Below are positions 20,325-32,196 of a stretch of 64,000 nucleotides of DNA, one piece after another. The first letter of the stretch is position 1, and each line of letters begins with the position of its first letter. This stretch comes from Dehalococcoidia bacterium (GTDB lineage: Bacteria; Chloroflexota; Dehalococcoidia; UBA2979): NCBI GenBank assembly GCA_965219085.1, contig OZ244720.1, forward strand, positions 736,001 through 800,000, in the 5' to 3' direction. A program made the position numbers and the translations under genes. Under the pieces are notes generated by a model. It was not told where the DNA came from. It saw nothing but the letters and a program-made list of their open reading frames with translations, and searched no databases.

Positions 20325-21874
20325 GATATGGAGTGACCGGCTGTCAAGCAGCACCGGCGGTGGTCGTGGCGATCCGGCTCCGGAACGGGGGGAGATGGAC
20401 GAACGAGGGCGCTGCTTCGACGACGTGTCACTCTGATATTCGCGGGTTGCCTGTGGCCTTGCCGCATGACCGTGCTTCGCCGGGAGGGGTCGCCGTCTAG
20501 CATCGCGGGTTGACGGCGCCGGGCGCCGCTGCCGCATAGGTGTACCGCGCATCCTCCTGAGCCTGCCCTCGCTCATCCACCCCCTCCTGCTCCGGAACGG
20601 CGTACCGCCGTCTCCGCCCTCGCCGCGGACCGGGCGCGTTGTATCAGGCCGCCGCCTGCTCCCGGGCGCCGGCCTTCGGCTCTCCCGCGGATGCGGGGAT
20701 ACGCCGCAGCACCGCCCACAGGTAGCCCGCAAGTTCGCGGGCGACGGCGGTGTTCGCCACGACCGACGGCTTGCCGTGAGCGGCCAGCCGCCGGTGGCGG
20801 CGATAGAGCCGGGTCTGCGCCCGGTCGGCCAGCACCACGGCCCAGCCCGGCTGGCCCTCCCGCCGCTTGCGCAGGGCTGCGCCGACCCGCGGCGGGTGGC
20901 GGTAGTGCCAGGCGCTCTCCACCAGGATGCGGCGCACGTGGCTGTTCCCTGTCTTCGTGATCGGCCCCCGCCGCTGGCGCGCCCCGCTGCTGTGCTCGCT
21001 CGGCGTCAGCCCGAGGTAGGACATCAGCTGCCGGGCGCTGCCGAAGCGCGTGACGTCGCCGAGTTCGGCCAGCACCGTCATCGCCGTCACCGTGTCGACC
21101 CCGCGGAAGCAGCGCAGCAGCCCCACCGCCTCGCGGTAGTCGTCGCTGGCGGCACACGCGGCCAGTTCCTGCTCCAGCGTGCGCAGCCGCTCCTCCACGC
21201 CCTCGAGCGCGCGCAGGTAGTCGTCGAAGGTGGCCTGCGCGGCCGGGTGTTCGAAGCGCAGCGTCAGCAGCCAGCGGCGGTGCCGCAGCGTCCAGTTCCG
21301 CCCGTCGTAGGCGATGCCGCGCCGCAGCAGCAGCTTCGCCAGGCGGTGGCGCGCCCGCGTGCGGTCGGTCACGGCGTCCTCGCGCGCCCGGCAGAGGTCG
21401 CGCACCGCCTCCTGGTCGATGGTCGGGGGATGCACCGCCGTGAGCAGGTCCGCGCGCAGCAGCTCGGCGAGCTTCCGTGCGTCGCGACGGTCGGTCTTGA
21501 CGCGGTCGCCGGGTCGCCTGGGGATCAGCGCCGGGGCGATCACCCGGCATTCGACGCCCTCGGCCTCCAGCCGGCGCTGCAGCGCGAAGCCGCCCGGCCC
21601 GGCCTCGTAGCAGGCCACGAGCGGCCCCGGCGCCATGCGCCGCAGGCGCTGCGCGAGCCGCTTCACCGCCTTCGGCTCGTTCGCCAGCTGCCACTCCTCG
21701 GGCCGCTCGGCCCCCGGCGCCAGCACCGCCACGTGGATCGCCCGCGCGTGTGCATCCATCCCTGCGTATGTGGTAGTCATCTTCCTGACCGGCTCCTTTC
21801 GCATGCGGCTCTGCATGCCTCGCGTCTGTAACCCGCGAGTTTGCGAACTCGGAGCCGGTCACTCCATACGGTCT
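20325..21874 (-). mobile_element. IS110/IS1111-type element copy 2, complete (transposase 20644-21780)
   Basis: subterminal IRs TATGGAGTGACCGG at both ends; CT core at 20323-24 and 21873-74; long non-coding right end. Confidence 0.92.
20400..20570 (-). ncRNA. putative bridge/seekRNA of the IS110 element (boundaries approximate)
   Basis: duplicated scaffold ATGCGGC..CAACCCGCG flanked by segments matching the donor junction and the target flanks. Confidence 0.75.
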
Positions 21875-21876
21875 AG

Positions 21877-23052
21877 GGATGGTCTGAACAACTCGCCTGA
21901 GCGGGTGAGCAGATGCGATCATGGGGCGACCCGGAGAGGGGCGGCCCATGCAGCAGCGTTCGTTCGGCAGCGTCGAGTACGAGCACAAGAAGGTCAAGAC
22001 GAGGCGGCAGGCGTTCCTCGAGCGCATGGACGGGCTCGTCCCCTGGGCTGAGCTGGAGCAGCGCATCGCGCCCGTCTACCCGAAGCGCGGCCGCGGACGC
22101 CGCCCCTACGCGCTGCGCGTGATGCTGCGCATCCACTGCCTGCAGCTCTGGTTCAACCTCAGCGACCCCGGCATGGAGCAGGAACTCTACGACTCCCGCT
22201 CGATGCTCGAGTTCGCCGGTCTCAGCCTCTCCGAGCCGATCCCCGATGAGACGACGATCCTCAACTTCCGCCACCTGCTGGAGCGCCATCAGCTGGGAAC
22301 GGCGCTGTTCGCGACGATCAACGCGCACCTGGCACGGCAGGGGCTGCAGGTGTGCGAGGGCACGATCGTGGACTCCACGATCATCAGCGCGCCGTCATCG
22401 ACGAAGAACCGCGAGCGTGCGCGCGACCCCGAGATGCACCAGACCAGCAAGGGCCGGCAGTGGTACTTCGGGATGAAGCTGCACGCCGGCACGGATGCGC
22501 GGACGGGGCTGGTCCACAGCGTGAGCACGACGGCGGCGAACGTCTCAGACGTGACCGAGGCGCATCGCCTCTTGCACGGCGGCGAGACGGAGGCGTGGGG
22601 CGATGCCGGCTACCAGGGAGTGGAGAAGCGCCCGGAGCACGCGGGGTCGGAGGTGAGCTGGCAGGTGGCGATGCGTCCGGGTCTCAGGCGGCAGCTGGCG
22701 CCGGGGGGCGAGGAGGCGCAGGCGGAGCGGCGCAAGGCCTCGGTGCGCGCCAAGGCTGAGCATCCGTTTCTCTACGTGAAGCGGCACTTCGGGTACGCGC
22801 AGGTCCGCTACCGGGGTCTTGAGAAGAACCGCCAGCGTCTCATGCTGCTGCTCGGTTTCACGAACCTGTTGCGAGCCGAGCCTCAGCTCGCCTGATCGCG
22901 GGAGCGCTGCGTCCGGAATCGCTCCCGCAGGCGAGCCCGCAGCGGAGTGGGAACGGGATCGCCCCCTGAACCGCGGCATCGGCCCCCGCAGCGCGGCTCG
23001 GCACGCCGATCGGCCCGCACCGCGCCCGATACGCCACCTGTTCAGACCTTCC
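21877..23052 (+). mobile_element. IS5-family element (transposase 21948-22895)
   Basis: IRs GGATGGTCTGAACA / GGAAGGTCTGAACA; CTAG duplication at 21873-76 and 23053-56; IPDETTILNFR, WYFGMKLH, GDAGYQG. Confidence 0.95.
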
Positions 23053-23289
23053 CTAGGTCATCGACGGGCTGGACACAGCAGCCCATGCTGCCATCGCAGC
23101 AGCGCCGACATGGCGACGCGGGCGTGCAAAAGGGGTCTTCCCGGTTCTACGTAATGCTCTCGTCCTGAGGCCCCCCGAGCGGGGGCCAGGGATCAGTCCT
23201 TGGGGGCTCCCGCAGCCACGCCGGAATGTCTCGCACCGCATGCGCCGCTGGTGGCCCAGAGCAACGGACCGCCCTGGGTGGACCCATTC

Positions 23290-23580
23290 GGGGACGACGA
23301 CCGCCAGACGTGGGCGGAGTGCCTGCGCGGCGAGGTCGCCGAGGGCTTCAGCCGCGTCGTCTTCGAGGGGGCAGCGTCGACGACCTCGTGGCCTGCTCGG
23401 AGCGCCTGCAGGTGACGGCCCTCTACGCCCTGCACGACGGCGGGTGGGTCTCCTGCATCCTCGGCGCGCCGGAGTGGGTGAACGCCGAGTTCCGGGAGTT
23501 GTTCGCCGAGGGCGTTCCCTCGATCACGCCGCTCGTCGTCAGGAGTGAGGGGCCTCCGGAAGCCAACTGCCTGAGCTTGG
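23290..23580 (+). pseudogene. orphan domain fragment of a lost protein
   Basis: CLRGEVAEGFSRVVFEG then frameshift to GSVDDLVAC..LGAPEWVNAEFRELFAEG; no start. Confidence 0.4.
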
Positions 23581-23624
23581 CGGGTTCGAGCGCTGCAAGA
23601 GTTGCTCAAACGCAGCCCGCGTGG

Positions 23625-24281
23625 TCAGTCATCCAACAGACCGTTCCGCACGGCCCAGACCACGATCTCCTGCTTCGTGGCAACGCCGAGCTTGTTCTGA
23701 ATCGTGTAGATGGCGTTCCTGATGGTGACGGGCTTGACTCCCCTGGCCTCCGCAATCGCGCTGTATGACGTGCCCCGGGAGAACGCCGCCAGTATCTCCC
23801 GCTCCCTCCGCGTCAGCTCGTCGTGCTGCTCGTCAACTTCCGCCCCGCTTCGTATCCGGCCGAATACCCGCCTCACCACCTCGTTCGGCACATGCATCTC
23901 ACCGGCAGCCACGACCTTCACCGTGCTCAGGAGCTGGTCCATTCCGGATGTCTTCTGAAGATAGCCGGTCGCACCGGCGGCCAGCGCCTCGATCACCGCG
24001 TCCTCCTCGGTTGAGGCGGTCAGCATGATCACTCGTGTGTCGGGCGCGGAATCCATGATCTCCCGGCACGCCTCCACGCCGTCCTTCCCGGGCATCATGA
24101 CGTCCATGACGACCACGTCGGGTGACAGTTCTGAGGCTGCTCGCACCGCCTCCACTCCGTCCCTGGCCTGTCCGACCACCTCGAACTCCTCAGTCTGCTC
24201 GAGCATCGACTGGAGACCTTCCAGCATGATCGAATGGTCGTCGACGAGCAGGACCCTGATGCGGCTAGACTCTGTCGACAC
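23625..24281 (-). CDS. NarL/LuxR-family response regulator
   Basis: VLLVDDH, VMDVMMP, ELTRREREIL HTH. Confidence 0.93.
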   Translation of the reverse strand: MSTESSRIRVLLVDDHSIMLEGLQSMLEQTEEFEVVGQARDGVEAVRAASELSPDVVVMDVMMPGKDGVEACREIMDSAPDTRVIMLTASTEEDAVIEALAAGATGYLQKTSGMDQLLSTVKVVAAGEMHVPNEVVRRVFGRIRSGAEVDEQHDELTRREREILAAFSRGTSYSAIAEARGVKPVTIRNAIYTIQNKLGVATKQEIVVWAVRNGLLDD

Positions 24282-24282
24282 G

Positions 24283-25539
24283 CTACGCCTCCTGTACCTC
24301 GCGACCCAACGGCATCACGCAGGTGACGCACGCGCCACCATCCGGCCCCCGGGGCTCGACGATGAGGCGTCCGCCCAGGCGCTCGGCGCCCGCGCGCATG
24401 TTTGCGAAGCCGTGGCCGCGCTCCTCGTAGTCGCCGGGAAGTCCCGGCCCGTCGTCCGACACCGAGAGCCTGATCTCACGCCGTCCGAAGTCGAGCCCGA
24501 TCAGCACCCTGCTCGCGTCGGCATGGCGGAAGGCGTTGGTGAGGGCGTTGTGGGCGATCGTGAACAGCACACTCCTCGCCTCGATCGGAAGAGGCGGCTC
24601 CACGCCGTTCTGCGTCAGCTCCGCCGGCACCGAGGTAACGGATGTGAACGTCGCAACGTGGGAGTCCAGGGTCCTGCCCAGCTCCCTGCCGTCGAATATG
24701 CGGCCCATGTCTATCGGGTGTCTCAGCTGCCAGATGGCGGTCTTCGACAGCAGGGAGGTCGCTTCGAGCCTGGCGCTGAGCTCCTCATTGGAGTCCCCGG
24801 CAAGCCGCCTGGCGGCATCGATACCCAGGCCGATCAGGTACGCGGACTGCGCCGTCGTGTCGTGAACGGACTGGGAGAGCTCGATCCGCTCGCGTTGAAG
24901 TACCTGCTCCCGTTCCGCCGCGGCCCTCCACCTGGTCCGCTCGAAGCCGACGATCAGGTTGACCGATGCAGCCACCGCGTACATGACGAAGAGTCTGGCC
25001 AGGAGGGGCTTCTCGTCGCGTACCCCTGTGTCGATTCCGTCCCCAACCGAGAGGCTAATCGCAAGATAGAGGAGGGCCACGCTCGTCACACAGGCCATGG
25101 TCAGCCTGAACGACGTGAAGACCACCGCGTACCCGGCCAGCGGGGGGTAGTAGAGCAGGTGCAGGAAGTAGTGGTTGAACCCTCCCCCGACCACCGTGGC
25201 GCCCGAGATCATAGTGAGATCCATCACGGCGAGCGCGACGAGCCAGCGCCAGGTGATGGCCGTGTTCGCGAGCCGGTAGTGCGTGTATCCGTTGAACGCG
25301 ACCAGCAGCAGGGCCAGCGGTACATACACGACGTACATCTCCGGCCAACCCACAGGCCGGTAGGCCAGCTGCACGAGCACGAACGCGACCACGAACCAGT
25401 GCAGCCAGACCAGGACGGTCGCGACGTATCTCAGCCCGTCCGGGTCGAGCCGGATGAGCGCCGAGCCGCTGAGCCGGACGGCGCTGGAGGGTGTCCCGAT
25501 CGGGTCCAAGCCCCGGCTCTGGCGGTGCGCCTGAGACAT
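24283..25539 (-). CDS. membrane sensor histidine kinase (HisKA_3)
   Basis: several TM segments, VHDTTAQ, NALTNAFRHA, DDGPG, GHGFANM. Confidence 0.9.
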   Translation of the reverse strand: MSQAHRQSRGLDPIGTPSSAVRLSGSALIRLDPDGLRYVATVLVWLHWFVVAFVLVQLAYRPVGWPEMYVVYVPLALLLVAFNGYTHYRLANTAITWRWLVALAVMDLTMISGATVVGGGFNHYFLHLLYYPPLAGYAVVFTSFRLTMACVTSVALLYLAISLSVGDGIDTGVRDEKPLLARLFVMYAVAASVNLIVGFERTRWRAAAEREQVLQRERIELSQSVHDTTAQSAYLIGLGIDAARRLAGDSNEELSARLEATSLLSKTAIWQLRHPIDMGRIFDGRELGRTLDSHVATFTSVTSVPAELTQNGVEPPLPIEARSVLFTIAHNALTNAFRHADASRVLIGLDFGRREIRLSVSDDGPGLPGDYEERGHGFANMRAGAERLGGRLIVEPRGPDGGACVTCVMPLGREVQEA

Positions 25540-26044
25540 GTTCTCCCCGGGATGCACACGAGAGCAGGGAGCATCTAGCTGGTCCAAGCAGTGCACCCCT
25601 GCCTGCAAATCTCGCTGACGCGGGTTGAGTCCACAAGAGCAGGCGTACCTGTCTCAGTCGCAGAAGGGCACTCCCTCAGAGCAAACAAACTTGCCTCCTC
25701 ATTGTGTCGCTCGGCACTTACCAGTAGCTCGAGCGATCTTCACGATCGACCGGACACGGAGTGGATCGTTTCGTCCAACCAGCCGGACCAGGGGTAGGCG
25801 CGCGGACACCCCAGACCGTGCGTGGAAGGCATTCAGATGGCGCTCGGCAGACCAGTCGATGCACCTGTAGGCGCGGGCGGAACGCCGGCCCCGGCCGTCG
25901 TTGCGCCGCTCGGTGTGGCCACCGTGCACGTCGAAGCACTGACCCCCTTTTTATGTCATCTATTCGTCGGCTGTCAATGACGCCTGCTGCGTCCGATCCC
26001 GCCAGGCCGCACCTCGGCACCGCGCCTGCTGGAGTAGTGCGCCA

Positions 26045-29000
26045 TGGCCTCTAGCCGACAGGCCGCCGCTCGCGCCGTCCGGAACGTCCCCCTGACGTGG
26101 GCCCGTCGCACCGTCCCATCTCGCTGGTGCTGGCTGCGCTCGCCTTCACATGCATGCTGTCGGGCACCCGCACGAGTTCGCTGACGGCCTGAGGCTACAG
26201 CTGGTAGGTCAGCGGCATGGGTGAGCTGAGCGAGGACACGTTCAGCTGGGGGGACCAGACGATCGAGGTGAAGCCGGTGTTGCTGCAGTCCGGCCACCTG
26301 CTGCTGAGCGTAGCGCCGGAGCCGGCCGACGGGTTCGTGCTCGACATGGACGGAACGGGGTTTGCCTCGGCCGACGCCACGTTGCGCCGGAATGACACGT
26401 TGATTGGGTACCTCTGGACGGCCCCGGACCTGAGCTGGGCGAAGGACGACACGGTCGCGCTGCGCCTGAGCTGGGTGGAGGCGGAGGAGGACCCCGCGTC
26501 GGCGCAGGAAGTGGTGACGGTGGTGAAGGATGCGACGGCGACACCCACACCGACACCCACGCCGACCCCCACACCCACGCCAACGCCCACGGCCCCGCCG
26601 GCCCGGCCCACGGGACTCTCCGCCACGGCCTCCCCTGGCGCGATCGCGCTGAGCTGGGATGACCCGTCCGACGCGACCATCACGCACTACGAGGTGTTCC
26701 GGCGGGACACCACGATCCACGCGCTCGGGGAGTTCATCACGCTCGAGGCGAACACGGGCTCGGCGGCCACCACCTACACGGAAGTGAGCGTGGAGCCAGA
26801 GCGCAAGTACGTGTACCGGGTGAAGGCCGTGAACGCCCACAGCGCCAGCCAGTGGTCGAGCTTCGCCAGCGCCACCACCCCGCCCGCGCCCGTCCCGCCT
26901 GCCACCGAGGACCTGGCCGCAGCCGGCCTCACCGCCACGCTTCCCGAAGGCGGCGGCGTGGCCCTGAGCTGGACCGCTCCGGTGGAGGACGCCGATAGCG
27001 TCACCGGCTACGAGGTCCTGCGCGCGGTGGGCAACGGGGAGCTGACCACCCTGGTCTCCGACACCGGGAACACAGCCACCAGCTACACCGACGCGACCGC
27101 GACCGCGACCGCGACCGCGACCGAGGCGGGCGAGACCTATGCCTCCCAGGTGAAGGCGATCCGGGGCGAGGAGCGCAGTCAGCCATCGGGCGAGGCCCAG
27201 GTGCAGGTCCCCCACGCCGCCGCCGACCTCGCCCCCAGCGGGCTGACCGCCACGCTGGTCGAAGGCGGCGGCATGAGCCTGAGCTGGACCGCGCCGGCGG
27301 AGGACGCCGCCAGCGTCAGCGGCTACGAGATCCTGCGCGCCGTGGGCGACGGAGCGCTGACCACGGTGGTGTCCGACACCGGGAACACGGCCACCGCCTA
27401 CACGGACGCCACCGCGACCGAGGGGGGCCAGACCTACACCTACGAGGTGAAGGCGATCCGGGGCGAGGAGCGCAGCCAGGCCTCGGGCGAGGCCCGGGTC
27501 CAGGTCCCCCATGACGCCGTTGACCGCGCCCCCAGCGGTCTGACCGCCACGCTTGTCGAAGGCGGCGGCGTGAGCCTGACATGGGCCGCCCCGGCGGAGG
27601 ACGCCGACAGCGTCAGCAGCTACGAGATCCTGCGCGCCGTGGGCGACGGCGAGCCGGCCACGCTCGTGGCCGACACCAGTTCCACGGCTAGCACGTACGC
27701 CGACGCCACGGCGACCGAGGCGGGGGAGACCTACGCCTACCGTGTGAAGGCCATCCGGGACGAGGACCGCAGCGGGGCGTCCGGCGAGGCCCAGGTCCAG
27801 ATCCCCCATGCCGCCGTTGACCGCGCCCCCAGCGGCCTCGTCGCCACGCTGGTCGAAGGCGGCGGGGTGAGCCTGAGCTGGACGGCCCCGGCGGAGGACG
27901 CCGACAGCGTGACCGGCTACGAGATCCTGCGCGCTAAGGGCCAAGGCGGGCTGGCCACGCTGGTCGCCGACACCCAGTCCACGTGACCACCCATACGGAC
28001 GCTGCGGTTACGGAGGCCGGCGAGTCCTACACCTACGAGGTCAAGGCCATCCACGGCACCGAGAAGAGCGACGCCTCCAACCAGGCCGTGGTGGCCGTGC
28101 CACAGGCCGCCGAAGATCTGGCTCCCTCCAACCTGACAGCCGCGGTTGCCGAAGGCGGCGGCGTGACTCTGAGCTGGACCGCCCCTGCGCAGGACGCCGA
28201 CGGCGTCAGCGGCTACGAGATCCTGCGCGCCGTGGGCGGGGGAGAGCTGACCACCCTCGTGTCCGACACCGAGTCCACCGACGCGACCTACACCGACGTC
28301 ACCGCGACCGGGGCGGGCGAGACCTACGCCTACCAGGTGAAGGCCGTCCGCGGCGAGGACCGCAGCGAGCCCTCGGCCGAAGCTTCGGTCGCCCTGCTCG
28401 CGGCCGCCGTCGCGGCGTGCGAGTTCGATGCCGAGGGCGGTGATCTGCCCGCGGACAGGAGCACGGCCTGCACGCTCGAGGTCGGCGGTTCCGTGCGCGG
28501 CGAGCGCGGAGCGGCCAGCGATGTCGACTGGGTCCGGGTCGACCTGCAAGCCCTCGCCACCTACCAGTTCGACATGCGCGGCAAGTCGACCGGCTCCTGG
28601 CAGCTGGTCGACGGCGTGCCCGCCTTCGTCTCCGTGGGCACACTGGAGGATCCAAAGCTGCTGGGCATCTACGACGCCAGCGGCGCCCTGGTCGCGGGCA
28701 CGGACTCGGAGGTGGCGGGCACGGGCAAGGACAGCCGCATCGCGTCGTTCAGTCCCGCCGCCGACGGCGTCTATTACATCTCCGCCTCGGCCGAGGGCGC
28801 CTGGACGGGAACCTACGAACTCTCGCTGACGGTGACGGCCGGCACGCACGTGGCGGATCTGGCGTTGCTCGCCCCGACCGGCCTGACCGCCACCATTGCC
28901 GACGGCGGCGGATACACGCTGACGTGGACGGCCCCCGCGGAGGCGGCCGATTCGGTCACCGGCTACGAGATCCTGCGCGCCGTCGGCGAGGGAGCGCTGA

Positions 29001-30565
29001 GGACCCTCGTCGCCGACACCCGGTCTACGGCGACCGCCTACACGGACGCGACCGCCAGTCAACCGGGGACGAGCTACGCCTACCGCGCGATCGCCCTGCG
29101 CGACGGGGTGAAGAGCCAGCAGTCCAACGAGGCATCGGTCGACCTGCCGGTACGCGGCGGCGTGACGCTGACCTGCCCCGCGACCGACACCGATTGCAGC
29201 GGGACGGGACCGGCGGACCTGGCGGTCACGAAGACGGCCGCCGGGCTGCGGCTGAGCTGGAACCCGCCGCCGGAACCGACGCTGACCGGCGCCGAGACGA
29301 CGGTGCTGCAGTACCAGATCATGCGCTCGCCGGGCGATGACGACTACGGCCTCATGACCCGCGTCGACGCCGATGCGCGCAGCTACCTCGACACCACGGC
29401 GCGGCGCGGCCAGTACCGCTGCCAGGTGCGCGCGATCTATTTCGTGAACGAGGCCTGCGCCTCGCTGCGTGACATCGATGTGGACCTGATGATCGGCGGG
29501 ACCGAGTACGAGCCGGTCGACGGGCTGAGGTCGGACGGCACGACGCTGTGGGCCAGCGACCGTAGCAGGGCCGCCATTCTTGCGTTCAGGCTGTCAGACG
29601 GCGTCCGCGACGGTAGCAGGGACATCATCGCCGAGGACAACTCAGACCCCCGTGGTCTGTGGGGGCGCGAGGGCACGCTCTGGGCGCTGACCGAGTCCGG
29701 GTCCGGGAGCACGAAGATCACGCTGGATGGCTACTCCCTCACCGACGGGACATTCGGTAACCGCACGGCGCGGCTCACGCTGGGGCCCAAGGCGGACACC
29801 ACCGGTGCGCCGACATCGGGATACGGACTGTGGGCGGACGAGGACACCTTCTGGATATCGGAGGTGCCGTCCTCGTCCCTCTTCGCCTACGACTGGGCCG
29901 ACAGCGGGACGCTGGCCAGGAACCCGGGGAAGGAGCTGAGCCCGAGCATATCGTACGCCAGCCTCTCCACATCGATGTGGGGCGATGGGACGACGATGTG
30001 GATGGCCACCTCGCTCTCCGGGTCTTGAGAAGAACCGCTAGCGTCTCATGCTGCTGCTCGGCTTCACGAACCTGTTGCGAGCCGAGCCTCAGCTCGCCTG
30101 ATCGCGGGAGCGCTGCGTCCGAAATCGCTCCCGCAGGCGAGCCCGCAGCGGAATGGGAACGGGATCGCCCCCTGAACCGCGGCATCGGCCCCCGCAGCGC
30201 GGCTCGGGACGCCGATCGGCCCGCACCGCGCCCGATACGCCACCTGTTCAGACCTTCCCTAACGTACGCGGGGGCGAGCGTCGCCGCGGGGAGCTTCGCC
30301 GCCGCAACCGCGCTCGACACGACGTGGACGGCGCCGGCGGCGACCACCGCCGATCAAGAGATCACGCTGACGCTGACAGTGACCGACGACAGCAGCCCCA
30401 CCAACAGCGCGGCGAGCACGGTGGTCGTGATCGTCAGGCCGGATCGGGCGCCGCTGGTGGAGGTCAGTCCAACGGCGGCGATCGTCGCCGGCGTCGCCCC
30501 CGAGGTGAGCCTGGAGGCGACGGTCACGGACCACGAGACCGACAGCGACGACCTGACTTACTTAA
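26045..30565 (+). pseudogene. giant FN3-repeat/PPC surface protein, frameshifted (~27984) and IS-disrupted
   Basis: about 8 LSWTAP..GYEILR..YEVKAI repeats, PPC-like domain, propeller-like segment, Ig/PKD-like piece at 30263-30563. Confidence 0.8.
30020..30258 (+). mobile_element. IS5 right-end remnant
   Basis: near-identical to 22814-23052, ends TGTTCAGACCTTCC followed by CTAA. Confidence 0.9.
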
Positions 30566-32194
30566 GCCCTGATCCACCGAAGAAGAGCGCGCGAGGGGCT
30601 GCGGTTGGGTGCTCCGCTGTAGCTGGGACAATGGGTTTTGAGAATTCACGTCACAGCCACAGGGAGCACCCATTCGATGCTAGCAGCGAGTAACCCCGAG
30701 CGGATAGACATCGCCTCAGGCGACGACCGCCTCGTGGACCACGCGGGCCTGCTGCTCCCCGCCACGCTCGCTGGCCGGCTCGGCCTCCGTGCACTGGCGG
30801 ACGCCCACCTCGACCTCGGTGACGCAGCGGGGCGCGCGAACGCCGGCGACAAGCTGCTGACCCTGGTCGCCTCGGCGCTCGCGGGCGGCGACTGCATCGA
30901 CGACGCCGCTGCGTTGCGCGCCGGCGGGACGGCGAGCGTGCTGGCTTGCACGGTCAAGGCGCCGTCCACCCTGGGCACGTTCTTGCGCAGCTTCCGCTGG
31001 GGCCACGTCCGCCAGCTCGACCGCGTCAGCCGCGCATTGCTCGCCCGCGCATGGGCGGCCGGGGCGGGACCCGGCGCGGCGCCGTTCACGATCGACCTCG
31101 ACTCGACGATCTGTGAGACCTACGGCCTGGCGAAGGAGGGCGCCCGCCACCACGGCTACACGGGCGTGCACGGCTACCACCCGCTGCTCGCCGTTGCGGC
31201 CGGGACGGGTGACGTGCTGATGGCGCGACTGCGCGAGGGCCGCGCCAACACCGCCCGCGGCGCCGCCCACTTCCTGCGTGAGACGGTGGCGCGGGTCCGC
31301 GACGCCGGGGCGAGCGGGCAGCTCACGGTGCGCGCCGACAGCGGCTCCTACAACCACGCGGTCGTCGCCGTCTGCCGCAAGCAGGATGTCCGCTTCTCGG
31401 TCACGATCCGCCAGCAGCCGAGCGTGCGTAGGCTGATCGAGGCGATACCGCAAGCGGACTGGACGCCGATCCCGTACTGGCTGCCGGGCGGCGCCGATGT
31501 CGCCGAGACGACCTACACGCCGTTCCAGCACACGGGGGACGCCAGCGCGGTCCGGCTCATCGTGCGGCGCGTCAAGCCGGCGCCCGGCTCACAGCTCGTA
31601 CAGCTACCACGCCTTCATCAGCGACCGCGCGGGGGAGATGATGGAGCTCGAGGCGGACCATCGCCGTCACGCCGAGGTCGAGAACGCGATCCGCGACCTC
31701 AAGTACGGCGTCGGGCTCAACCATCTCCCCTCGGGCCGCTTCGCCGCGAACGCGGCGTGGCTCGCGGTGCAGGTGATCGCGCACAACCTCGCCCGCTGGA
31801 CGGCACGGCTCGGGCTCGGCGAGGGAATCGTCACCACCAGGACGCTCAGGCGGCGCTATTTCGCCCTCGCCGGACGGCTCACCCACTCGGCACGGCGCTG
31901 GACCCTGCACCTCCCCAGGCGCTGGCCCTGGGCCGGTCAGCTGGCAGCCGCGCTCGCGCGACTACGGGCGATACCGCTCCCGGCCTGACGCCCGCTCACA
32001 GCGCCGGCCCGGGTCCGAGGCTCGCGCCAGCATGCCCGCGCACGCCTCGCGCTCCCCAGCTCCCGCGCCCTCAGCGCCCCCGAGCTACGCTGAGCGACGG
32101 CTCATGGCTCCGGCCGGCGAACACCGACACACCTGCCGAACTCTCCGGCATACCGGCATCCCGCCCCCTCAAGCCTCGATCGGTGTATTCGGGC
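30566..32194 (+). mobile_element. IS1380-family element with frameshifted transposase (~30677-31988)
   Basis: IRs GCCCTGATCCACCGA / GCCCGAATACACCGA; IDLDST, GYHPL, VRADSG, ENAIRDLK. Confidence 0.85.
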
Positions 32195-32196
32195 TT

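Noticed and set aside
20325-20347. Canonical circle-junction promoter from the outward TTGACA at 20342-47
   Set aside because: The reconstructed junction places AGACCG at the 17-bp position, which is not a convincing -10.
27980-27990. Programmed frameshifting or phase variation in the giant genes (also 14573 and 60731)
   Set aside because: No slippery heptamer or long homopolymer; decay or sequencing error is simpler.
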